Assembly (NCBI GenBank): GCA_963797685.1
Contig: CAWCQK010000017.1
Span: forward strand, 129,652-193,651
Length of the DNA stretch: 64,000 bases
Source: an uncultured Chloroflexia bacterium
GTDB lineage: Bacteria; Chloroflexota; Limnocylindria; Limnocylindrales; CSP1-4
Direction of reading: 5' to 3'
Part shown: positions 36,513-44,904 of the stretch, piece after piece
Numbering within the stretch: the first letter of the stretch is position 1
Layout of the letters: every line of letters starts with the position of its first letter
Notes under the pieces: model-generated
Told to the model about the DNA's origin: nothing
What the model saw: only the letters and a program-made list of their open reading frames with translations
Database searches by the model: none
Made by a program: the position numbers and the translations under genes

Positions 36513-37742
36513 TTGGCCAGCACGATCGAACGAGCCGACGTGATCGTCACGAGTCCAGGTCGCAACTTCGTGACGTTGCGCCTCACGACCTCGGACGGCG
36601 TCGAAGGGCTCGGCGACGCGACCCTCAACGGTCGTGAGCTCGCCGTCGCCTCATATCTCCGTGACCACGTCTGCCCGCTCCTCCTCGACCGCGATCCCGA
36701 CCGCATCGAGGACACCTGGCAGTACCTCTATCGCGGTGGTTACTGGCGACGAGGTCCGGTCACGATGGCGGCCATCGCAGCCGTCGATCAGGCCCTGTGG
36801 GACATCAAGGCGAAGGTCGCGAGGCAGCCGCTGTACCAGTTGCTTGGCGGAGCCAGTCGCAACGGTCTCCTGGCGTATGGCCACGCGAGTGGAGCCGACC
36901 TGCCAGCCTTGTTCGATTCGATCGACGAGCATCTCGCGGCCGGCTATCGGGCGATCAGGGTCCAGTCGGGCGTCCCCGGGCGCGGGGCGATCTACGGTGT
37001 CGCTCGAGCGTCGGACGGCGAGCGATACGACTACGAGCCGGCGCGTCGCCAAGGTCACCCGGTCGAAGAGACCTGGGACACGTCGGCTTACCTCCGACAC
37101 ATCCCCACGGTCTTCGAGGCCGTCCGTGCCAAGTTCGGCCCCGAGCTGCCGCTCTTGCATGACGCGCACCATCGACTGACGCCGATCCAGGCTGCGCGGC
37201 TGGGGAAGTCGCTCGAGCCGTTCGACCTTTTCTGGCTCGAAGACTGCACGCCCGCCGAGAACCAGGCAGGACTGCGGCTCGTCCGCGAACACACGACCAC
37301 GCCGCTCGCCATCGGCGAGGTCTTCAACACCGTGTGGGACTACCAGCAGCTGATCAGCGAGCAGCTCATCGACTACGTGCGCTCCTCGGTCACCCACGGC
37401 GGCGGCATCTCGCCGATGAAGCGGCTCATGGACTTTGCGGGTCTGTTCCAGATCAAGTCGGGGATGCACGGTCCGACCGATATCTCACCGGTCGGCATGG
37501 CCGCGGCACTTCACCTCGGTCTGGCGATCCACAACTTCGGGATCCAGGAGTACATGCGACATAGCGCCGCGACGATGGACGTCTTTCGGACGACATACAC
37601 CTTCGAAGGCGGTCTGCTTCATCCGGGCGATCAACCGGGCTTGGGCGTCAGCCTCGACGAGGGCGCCGCAGCGGCCTACCCATATGTGCCGGCGTATCTC
37701 CCCACAGCCCGTCTGGCGGATGGGACCGTCCACGACTGGTAG
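36513..37742 (+). CDS. enolase-superfamily D-mannonate dehydratase (ManD/RspA) family protein
   Basis: [40 protein letters not shown]...[10 protein letters not shown]...LHDAHHRL...FWLED...PLAIGE. TTG start at 36513 with GGAGGAAG 5 nt upstream. Confidence 0.9.
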   Translation: MASTIERADVIVTSPGRNFVTLRLTTSDGVEGLGDATLNGRELAVASYLRDHVCPLLLDRDPDRIEDTWQYLYRGGYWRRGPVTMAAIAAVDQALWDIKAKVARQPLYQLLGGASRNGLLAYGHASGADLPALFDSIDEHLAAGYRAIRVQSGVPGRGAIYGVARASDGERYDYEPARRQGHPVEETWDTSAYLRHIPTVFEAVRAKFGPELPLLHDAHHRLTPIQAARLGKSLEPFDLFWLEDCTPAENQAGLRLVREHTTTPLAIGEVFNTVWDYQQLISEQLIDYVRSSVTHGGGISPMKRLMDFAGLFQIKSGMHGPTDISPVGMAAALHLGLAIHNFGIQEYMRHSAATMDVFRTTYTFEGGLLHPGDQPGLGVSLDEGAAAAYPYVPAYLPTARLADGTVHDW

Positions 37743-37748
37743 CCCGGC

Positions 37749-39231
37749 TCACGGACCCGTCCCGCTCGTCATCTGACGCGACGCGATCACATGCTTCAAC
37801 CACAGCTCGTGGCGAGCTGAGGCAAGCGCCGAGCGGTCGGCCCGTGGATCGCTCACTCGCTGCGTCGATGGGGCAAGCTCGCCGAAGACGGCCGCTTCGT
37901 CGACGAGGCCCGCAGCGCAACCGCCGAGCAGGGCCGCCCCCCGGCCGGATGCCGCGGTCGCGTCGACGGCGTCCAGCGGCCGGCCCAGGACGTCGGCGAG
38001 GAGCTGGCGCCACGCCGGATCGGTCGTACCGCCCCCGGCGATGCGCACCGCTGACGGCGAGCCGGGACCGCTCGACCTCGTCCATGGCCGTCCGGACGGC
38101 GAACGCCACCCCTTCAAGGGCGCCTCGCAACAATGCTGTCCGATCGTGGGCAAGCGCGAGCCCGACCCAGGCACCACGCATGCTCGAGTCGAGCCAGGGT
38201 GTCCGCTCACCGGTCAGATGTGGCAGGAACAGCGGGTCGGTCTCGGCCGCGGGCGACGCGGCGGCTGCGTACAGCTCCTCCCACGATGCCGCCAGCAGCG
38301 TGCGCACCCAGTCCAACGCCAGGCCGGCATTCGTCGTCGCAGCCATCACGTACCAGCCGTGCCGGGCGGCCGTCCGGAACAAAGTCGTGCCCTGGCCGCC
38401 CCGCACTGCCTGGTCGACAGCGCTGACGATCTGTCCGCCGGAGCCCAGCGTCAGCTGAAGGCTCCCGTGCTCGCGCAGGCCGCTGCCGAACATGGCGGCC
38501 GCGGTGTCACCGGCGCCGACGGCGACCGGGATGCCGGATGCCAAACCGAGCTCGTCCGCCGCCCGAGACGACAACTCGCCGGCCGGATCCCCCGCCCATG
38601 AGGCGAGTGGGGCGAAGAGGGCCCGCTCCAGGCCCAACGCCTCGATCACCTCGGTGTCCCAGCGCTCGCCGGGCACGTCGTAGAGCAGCGTGGCCGAGGC
38701 ATCGCTCGGTTCGGTCAGGACCACCCCGGTCATGCGTGAGCGCAGCCAGTCCTTGGGCTGCAGCGCCCAGCGCGCCCGGGCCAAGGCCGGCCCCTCGAAC
38801 CGGCGCAGCCACAGGAGGATCGGCCCTGCCAGGCCTGGGATGATCGGGTTCGCCAGGCGCGCCATCGCCTCTTTGCCCAGGCGGTCGTAGGCGCCCATGA
38901 CGACCGACGCCCTGGTATCCGCCCACAGGATCGCGGGCCTGACCGGCTCCAGGGCGGCGTCGGCAAGCACCACGCCATGCATCTGGCCCGACAGGCCGAC
39001 CGCCGACGGAGACGCCGCTCCACCAGCGCGGGCCTGCTCCACCGCCTCCCGGACCGCCAGCACGGTCTCACGCCACCAGATCCGTGGATCGGACTCGGCC
39101 CAGCCGATGTTCGCCGACTCGACCTCGTACGCGCGACTGACCTGGGAAAGGAGATGGCCGTCGGCGTCGGTGACGACGACCTTGACGGAGCTCGTACCAA
39201 GATCCACGCCCAGGAGCGTCGGAGCCGTCAT
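37749..39231 (-). CDS. FGGY-family carbohydrate kinase (xylulokinase/gluconokinase-like) with an apparent +1 frameshift at about 38058-38072
   Basis: LLGVDLGTSSVKVVV, GLSGQMHGVVL and AVGAGDTAAAMFG. The C-terminus VRIAGGGTTDPAWRQLLADVLGRPL is in another frame (ORF 37749-38210). The span is 1483 nt, which is 3n+1. Confidence 0.85.
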
Positions 39232-39259
39232 CGCCGAGGGCTCGGGTCCACCGTCCGTC

Positions 39260-40282
39260 CTAGGTGTGGATGACGACCTTGTGTCCGCGGCGGCTGGAGA
39301 CGGCCTCGAGCGCCTCGGCATAGTCGTTCAGGTGGAACCGATGCGTGATGATGCCGTCGGTCTTCACCCGCCCACTGCGCAGCGCCGAGATCGCCGCGTC
39401 GAAGCTCGTCACCTCCGCGAAGGAGCCCTTGATGGTGATCTCGCGACGGAACACGTCGAACGGGTGGAACTGGACGAGGTCGGCTTCCTTGGTCACCCCG
39501 TAGATGAGCACCGTGCCCCCGTTGCGGGTCAGCGAGACGCAGGTGCTACCGACGTCGGGTGACCCGGTCGCCTCGACGACGATGTCGTATCCCTGACCGC
39601 CCGGCGAGGCTGCGCGCAGCGCCTCGATGTTGGCCGCCGGGTCCGCCCGATCGATCAGGACGACCCCGTCGACGCCGAGCCTGAGCGCCGCATCGAGCTT
39701 GAACTGGCGAGGCGCGGCGACGGTGACCGACGTCGCGCCGCCGGAAGCGATGAGCTGGGCGAGCAGCAGCCCGGTCGGTCCGGCACCGATGACAAGCGCG
39801 CTGGAGCCGGGCCGGATCTCGAGCCGCTCGAGCCCGTGCATCGCGCAGGCGGCAGGTTCGCTGAAGACGGCGACGTCGTGATCGAGTCCCTCGACCGAGA
39901 AGGTGAGGTTCTCCGGCGCGGTCGCGTACTCCGCGAAGAAGCCCGGGAAATTGCTGCCCATGCCCTTCATGTTGCGACACAGGATCAGCCGTCCCGAGAG
40001 GCAGTAGTCGCAATGTCCGCAATAGATGTTGGGGTTCACGGTGACTTGCTCGCCGAGGGCGAACCGCTCGACACCATCGCCAAGCGCGTCGATGACACCG
40101 ACGAGCTCGTGCCCCGGGATGAGCGGGAACCGGGCCTGGAACTCGCCTTCGTGGATGTGGAGGTCGGTGCCGCACACGCCGACCTGATCGACCTTGATGC
40201 GAACCTCACCGGCGGCCGGCTCGGGGGTCGGGACGTCACGAACGGCGAAGGTTCGCGGCGCCTCGTAGACAACGGCCTTCAA
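39260..40282 (-). CDS. zinc-dependent medium-chain alcohol/polyol dehydrogenase (RspB/threonine-dehydrogenase-like)
   Basis: GVCGTDLHIHEG, GHELVGV, structural-Zn CGHCDYCLSGRLILC, and Rossmann VIGAGPTGLL. TTG start at 40282 with GGGAGG upstream. Confidence 0.9.
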   Translation of the reverse strand: MKAVVYEAPRTFAVRDVPTPEPAAGEVRIKVDQVGVCGTDLHIHEGEFQARFPLIPGHELVGVIDALGDGVERFALGEQVTVNPNIYCGHCDYCLSGRLILCRNMKGMGSNFPGFFAEYATAPENLTFSVEGLDHDVAVFSEPAACAMHGLERLEIRPGSSALVIGAGPTGLLLAQLIASGGATSVTVAAPRQFKLDAALRLGVDGVVLIDRADPAANIEALRAASPGGQGYDIVVEATGSPDVGSTCVSLTRNGGTVLIYGVTKEADLVQFHPFDVFRREITIKGSFAEVTSFDAAISALRSGRVKTDGIITHRFHLNDYAEALEAVSSRRGHKVVIHT

Positions 40283-40411
40283 GGGAGCCTCCCGGGTTGC
40301 TCGTTGCTCGCTCCGTAGCGGCAGTCGGGGCTCGATGGGTCGCCGACTGGCGCGCATGTCGACGCTAGCACGACACGTTCCGGTCTGACGCTCAGAAGAT
40401 CGCGGCGAGTT

Positions 40412-40441
40412 TTCGGCATTCGGCCGTAAACGGCGTACGAT
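40412..40441 (+). promoter_or_regulatory. candidate tatA promoter (TTCGGC-N18-TACGAT)
   Basis: Pattern match only. The TAnnnT -10 is at 40436-40441, 45 nt upstream of the tatA start. Confidence 0.25.
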
Positions 40442-40485
40442 GCGGCCATCGTGGTCGCTATCGCCTAGTCATATCGAGACGACCC

Positions 40486-40686
40486 ATGCTGGATGGCATA
40501 ACCCCGGTCCACCTGATCATCGTGCTGGTCATCGCCTTGCTGATCCTGGGTCCGGGCAAGCTCCCCGAGACGGGCGCCGCTCTCGGCAAGGCCATGCGCG
40601 AGTTCCGCCACGGGATGACCGACGACGTGACGCCGACACCGCCAGGCCCGCCCGACAACCCGAACGGGGCAGATACCCGGATCTGA
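40486..40686 (+). CDS. tatA: twin-arginine translocase subunit TatA/E
   Basis: ITPVHLIIVLVIALLILGPGKLPETGAALGKAMREFRHG is the TatA TM plus amphipathic-helix signature. 66 aa. Confidence 0.85.
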   Translation: MLDGITPVHLIIVLVIALLILGPGKLPETGAALGKAMREFRHGMTDDVTPTPPGPPDNPNGADTRI

Positions 40687-40857
40687 TTCGAGGCCCGGCG
40701 CCTGACGCGCTTAGGCGGGATCGCGTCCGATCTGCCCGAATGCGGGCCTCGGAGGCGGTGCCACGCAGGACTTCTGGCCGCGCTGATGGCGTCGTGACCG
40801 AGGTGGGCTCGATCGGTGCCGCCCCAAGGCGGTCGGCACGGGGATCTCGTGGTGGAG

Positions 40858-40932
40858 TGGAGCCGACACTCGGACTTGAACCGAGGACCTGCTGTTTACG
40901 AAACAGCTGCTCTACCACTGAGCTATGTCGGC
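40858..40932 (-). tRNA. tRNA-Thr (anticodon CGU), CCA encoded
   Basis: Folded by hand: acceptor GCCGACA/TGTCGGC, D arm GCTC-AGTGGTA-GAGC, anticodon arm GCTGT-TTCGTAA-ACAGC (anticodon CGT), variable loop AGGTC, T arm CTCGG-TTCAAGT-CCGAG, discriminator T, then CCA. Confidence 0.9.
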
Positions 40933-40988
40933 GCGGATGGCAGTCTACCAGCCTCGTCGCGCTGGTCCCTCACCCATCCTCGATGTGA

Positions 40989-42407
40989 TCAGATCGCGAT
41001 CTCGATGGCCTCCCAGCCTTGGTTGCCGTGACCGCCGGCGTACCCATCGTTCAGGATCGTCCGGTCGTTGATCTCGATGTACACCAGGTAGCAGCACGGC
41101 ACGATGAGCGGGTCGCTCCACGGGTCCCACACGAACGAGGTGGGCACGGGATAGCCCTGTTCGGCGGTGTTGCCGCCGTAGGTCTTCGAGAGAGGGACGA
41201 CCGCCCCGCCCGGGTAGAGCGGCAACGGGACGCCACTCACCGGGACCGACAGGCCGGAGTTGCCCCGAGCCGTCACCGCGACCCCGCTCAGGTTCGGGTC
41301 GTAGGCATGGACGGTGACCCGGATCAGCCCGTCGCCACGCTTGACCTTCGCGCATTTCAGCAATTCGGTGGTCCCGTCGGGCTTCTGGAGCTCCAACGTG
41401 ATCGTCGGTCGCGGCAGCGGGAACGGACCCGAGTTGTCGACCCGAACAGGCTGCGGCCCGCTCACCCGCGTGATCGAGCCATCGCGCACACGGAGCCGGA
41501 CGTAATACAGGCCGTCTGCCGACGGCGTCGGCCAGTGGACGAGGACCTTCTCGCCGACCGTATTCGGACCGCCGTCCGAGTCGCAGATCTGCGAGACATC
41601 GAACCAGCCCGGGTCGACCCCGGTCGAGGTGCTCCGGCTGCATGGCGCGAGCCATGGGAAGGACGAGATCGTGTTGTAACCCGATGTCGAGCCGACGAAC
41701 GGGAGATACGTCCCGCTCGGTCCGGTCGACGAGACCTCGACCAGGTACTGGGTCGCCGACGGCATGTTGAAGATGCCGCGCAGCTCGGCGTAGTCACCGA
41801 AAGGGTGATCACCGATCCCTGCCGCCGGGTTCGGGGAGGGGGTGTGACCCGGTCCGACGCTGGGACCGTTGCCAAGTCCCAGGGCGTCGATCTGGCTGAT
41901 CGGGATGTCGCCGACCCGCGTGATGAGCGGTCGCGGCGGGCAGAGCTTGCGGCAGACCTTCCGACAGCGCGCCGAGCAGAAGAAGCGACACAGCTGATGA
42001 CAGAAGCGTTCGAGCTCGAGCTTCTTGATCGTCTGGTTCCAGGCCTTCGCGTCGCCAGCCGCCTGGATCTCGAGCAGGCGCTTGACCGTGTCGGGCTTCG
42101 CCACGAGCGCGGCCAGCGCGTGGGCGAAGTCGATCATCTCCTCGACGCCGACCGGTTCCTTCGGTGGCTCGGGGCAGAAGCTCAGGCAGACGCCGCCACA
42201 GCGCTTCTCACAGAAGTAGCCGCAGATCACCTCGCAGCGCTCGGACAGCCCCGCCTGATCAAGGGCGGCCTCGAACGCCGCCCCGTCCTCCGCCTCGTAG
42301 GCCTCGAAGGCCTTGCGGAACGTCGCCGGGTCCTTGGCGAGCTGCTCCGCGGCTTCCGCGATGCTCCTCAGTTCGTCGATCGGCTCGTCACCGGACAGGG
42401 TCGCCAT
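40989..42407 (-). CDS. hypothetical 472-aa protein with two (C-x3)5-C-P cysteine ladders and a large beta-rich C-terminal region
   Basis: AAGGAG SD 5 nt before the ATG at 42407. No signal peptide. CEVICGYFCEKRCGGVCLSFCP and CHQLCRFFCSARCRKVCRKLCP are each flanked by Ala/Glu/Lys-rich helical segments. The C-terminal 300 aa are Gly/Pro/Ser/Thr/Val-rich and non-repetitive. Confidence 0.75.
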   Translation of the reverse strand: MATLSGDEPIDELRSIAEAAEQLAKDPATFRKAFEAYEAEDGAAFEAALDQAGLSERCEVICGYFCEKRCGGVCLSFCPEPPKEPVGVEEMIDFAHALAALVAKPDTVKRLLEIQAAGDAKAWNQTIKKLELERFCHQLCRFFCSARCRKVCRKLCPPRPLITRVGDIPISQIDALGLGNGPSVGPGHTPSPNPAAGIGDHPFGDYAELRGIFNMPSATQYLVEVSSTGPSGTYLPFVGSTSGYNTISSFPWLAPCSRSTSTGVDPGWFDVSQICDSDGGPNTVGEKVLVHWPTPSADGLYYVRLRVRDGSITRVSGPQPVRVDNSGPFPLPRPTITLELQKPDGTTELLKCAKVKRGDGLIRVTVHAYDPNLSGVAVTARGNSGLSVPVSGVPLPLYPGGAVVPLSKTYGGNTAEQGYPVPTSFVWDPWSDPLIVPCCYLVYIEINDRTILNDGYAGGHGNQGWEAIEIAI

Positions 42408-42436
42408 CGCGTCTCCTTCGCCGAGCGGCTGGTCAC

Positions 42437-42509
42437 ATATCCACGCTCGACGGAACGGTAGGCACCCGCACTCACGGACCCGTCACCGGCCCGTCACGCA
42501 TCCATCACG
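42437..42509 (-). promoter_or_regulatory. array of 11-nt-phased GGTGACG-like heptamers (putative SARP boxes) upstream of the 472-aa gene
   Basis: Plus-strand heptamers ACTCACG (42470), CGTCACC (42481), CGTCACG (42492) and CATCACG (42503) are spaced exactly 11 nt apart. A promoter-proximal TGGATATGTGAC element lies at 42431-42443. The ATG is at 42407. Confidence 0.55.
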
Positions 42510-42518
42510 TCGTCGGGT

Positions 42519-44897
42519 TCAGGCGTCTCGGTCGTAGAAGGGCATCGCGGCATCGTCTGGCCGGTCGAGGTCGGCGATCAGCGCCGCGACGCCGATGTCG
42601 CCCTTGTACAGGCTGTCCCGGCGGAGGGCGTTCTCGCGCACGCTCGTGACCGCCTGGCCCGCCAGATCTCGTGCGCGCGCCAGCCAGAGCCGATCGCCGC
42701 CGGCACGATGGAGGTTGACCAGCGCGTAGGCACGACCGGCCAGGCCGCAGCACAGGTCGCCCGGGACGGGATGGCTCTCGTACGCCGTCCAGGCGGCCCG
42801 TTCCGCGAGAGCCGCGTAGCGATCGTCACCGAACGCACGGGCCGCCGCGGTCCACAGGAAGACCATCCCCGCGGCACCGTTGCACCATGTCGCCGCGAGC
42901 GACCCGTCGTCGGGTGGACCGACCTCGCGGGGCCAGACCAGACCGCGCCCGCGAGGGACCCCGAACCGGGCCAGCTCGTCGAGACGGGCGGCCATCGGCG
43001 GGACAGCGGACCCGCTCGACTCCGCCCAGCGCAGCTGCGCATGGAGGAAGCCCGACCAGCCGTGCGCCGCACCGAGGTAGGAGACGGCGTCATCAGGGCG
43101 ATCCCCCGCGGTCTGCGCCCCGAGCTCGTCCATGGCCGAGAGCTCGGTCCACAGGTTCGTCGCCAGCCGGTTGCCGAGCTCGATGAGCTCCGACCGCTCG
43201 GCCGCGTCCTCCGGCAGCGCGTCGAGGAGCATCGACAGCCCGAGCAGGATCCCGCTGCGTCCGAACGAGACGTCCCGCGCGGGACCGCCGTCGCCCAGCG
43301 CCGACACCATCCCGTGGATCGCCATCGACCGGTCGCTCGCATCGCCACGGGCGTTCCCGATCAACGCTTCGGTCAGGAAGACCCCGGTCGCGCTGTGGTG
43401 GATCCCGGTCGTGCCGAAGTCCTCCGGCGTGATCTCGAGCGCCACGTTGACGAATGCCTCGTCGGTGCCGAGCGACGACAACGCCTTCATCGACCACACA
43501 TCGGCGAGCGCCAGGAGCCGCTCGTCGTCGCGAGACATCGCGATGCGCATGATCCCGTGGGCGATCCCGGCCGCCCCGAGATTGACCGACGCCCGTGGCG
43601 CCTCCAACGGGGAGGCCAGCAGCGGGCCGGCCGGTGACAGCCGCTCGAGGACATCGGCGAGGAACAGGTCCGTCGCGGACGAACTCGCGTCGTGGCGTGG
43701 CCCCGGCGCCCGGTCCAGGTCGGAACGAGCCGCGGCGCGGTAAGCCTCGAGGAGATCGGCGGTCGCCGCGAACCGATCGGCTGGGTCCTTCGACAACGCC
43801 CGCCGCAACACCGCCTCGACCGCGGGCAGGTCGCCCGTGTCGTGGCTCGCGAACGGCAACGGCGCCTCTTCCAGCAGCTGCCGACGCATCTCGTCGGGCT
43901 CGAGCGAGAAGCTGTGGGTGTAGCCGCCGGTCAGCAGCCGGTAGAGCATCGCGCCCAATCCGTATTGCTCGCTTGCCGCGGTGAGCACCGACGCGCCGCG
44001 ACCCGCCTGCTGAGCGGCCGCCGATTCGGGCTCCATGAAGAAGTCCACCCCGCCGCGCGGGACCCCGTGCTCGTCACCCAGCGTCGCCAGCCCGAAATCG
44101 ATGACGGTCACCGATCCGTCGCCGGCAACGAGCACGTTGCTGGGGTGGACGTCGCCGTGTAGCACGCCGCGCCCGTGGAGGTCGGCGTACGCCTCGATGA
44201 TCCGCTCGCCGAGCTCGAGCAGCCGTTCTCGACCGTCCGCTTGCGACAGGCGTCGAAGCTCGGCCGCGGCTGACTCGGCGTCCGCTCCGGGATGCCAGCT
44301 GACGACCAGGTAGGTGCGGCCGTCCGCCTCCCCGATCTCGATCAGGCGAGGCGCGACGCGTCCATCGAGCGCACGCAGGATCCTGGCTTCATGCCCGAAA
44401 AGCGCGGAGCTGCCTGAGCCCGCGCGGCCGACCTTCAGGGCGACGTCGCGCCCCTCCTCGTCGTGCGCGAGGTAGAGCTGCGTGTCGATCATGACCTGGA
44501 CCGGATGGACGACTCGGAACGGGCCGACCGCCGCCCCCTCGGCGAGCACGGACGCCTCGATCGGCTCGGCGAACGGCAAATCGGCCGGGACGAGGAACCC
44601 GTCAGCGAGGAGGTCCTTGAGCACCGGGTACGAGCGCTCGAGGGTCTCGCGCGGATCGAGCTGGCGTTCGCTGGCGAACCCGAGGACCGCATCGACGATC
44701 CGGGTCGGCGTCCGGAACGAGCCGAGCAAGAGCGCCGTGTTGGCATCCACGATGCTCGAGGTCGAGCGGGCTCGCGGCCGGGTGACCGCGTGGTCGCCCT
44801 GGTGATAGGTGAACTGAGCGCGGATGTCCTCGGGGAGCTCCTCGACCGGTGTCAGCTCGACGTCGGGCGGCAGCAGCATCGGGCCGGCGATCGTCAT
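42519..44897 (-). CDS. Ser/Thr protein kinase fused to a LanC-like cyclase domain, with a PqqD/RRE-like N-terminal region
   Basis: Kinase motifs DVALKV, HGDVHPSNVLV and VIDFGLA. LanC motifs GAAHGWSG, TWCNGAAG and LCCGLAGR. N-terminal SIVDANTALLLGSFRTPTRIVDAVLGFASERQLDPRETLERSYPVLKDLLADGFLVP resembles PqqD-type RREs by eye. The ATG at 44897 is 7 nt after the upstream stop. Confidence 0.85.
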   Translation of the reverse strand: MTIAGPMLLPPDVELTPVEELPEDIRAQFTYHQGDHAVTRPRARSTSSIVDANTALLLGSFRTPTRIVDAVLGFASERQLDPRETLERSYPVLKDLLADGFLVPADLPFAEPIEASVLAEGAAVGPFRVVHPVQVMIDTQLYLAHDEEGRDVALKVGRAGSGSSALFGHEARILRALDGRVAPRLIEIGEADGRTYLVVSWHPGADAESAAAELRRLSQADGRERLLELGERIIEAYADLHGRGVLHGDVHPSNVLVAGDGSVTVIDFGLATLGDEHGVPRGGVDFFMEPESAAAQQAGRGASVLTAASEQYGLGAMLYRLLTGGYTHSFSLEPDEMRRQLLEEAPLPFASHDTGDLPAVEAVLRRALSKDPADRFAATADLLEAYRAAARSDLDRAPGPRHDASSSATDLFLADVLERLSPAGPLLASPLEAPRASVNLGAAGIAHGIMRIAMSRDDERLLALADVWSMKALSSLGTDEAFVNVALEITPEDFGTTGIHHSATGVFLTEALIGNARGDASDRSMAIHGMVSALGDGGPARDVSFGRSGILLGLSMLLDALPEDAAERSELIELGNRLATNLWTELSAMDELGAQTAGDRPDDAVSYLGAAHGWSGFLHAQLRWAESSGSAVPPMAARLDELARFGVPRGRGLVWPREVGPPDDGSLAATWCNGAAGMVFLWTAAARAFGDDRYAALAERAAWTAYESHPVPGDLCCGLAGRAYALVNLHRAGGDRLWLARARDLAGQAVTSVRENALRRDSLYKGDIGVAALIADLDRPDDAAMPFYDRDA

Positions 44898-44904
44898 GGC
44901 CGCC

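Noticed and set aside
42519-44897. Calling the kinase-LanC protein a canonical class III (LanKC) or class IV (LanL) lanthipeptide synthetase.
   Set aside because: The N-terminal region does not look like the OspF-type lyase domain and instead resembles an RRE, and a separate HopA1-like gene is present. The LanC half has a complete zinc-ligand set (CCG type), unlike class III. I leave it unclassified pending profile searches.
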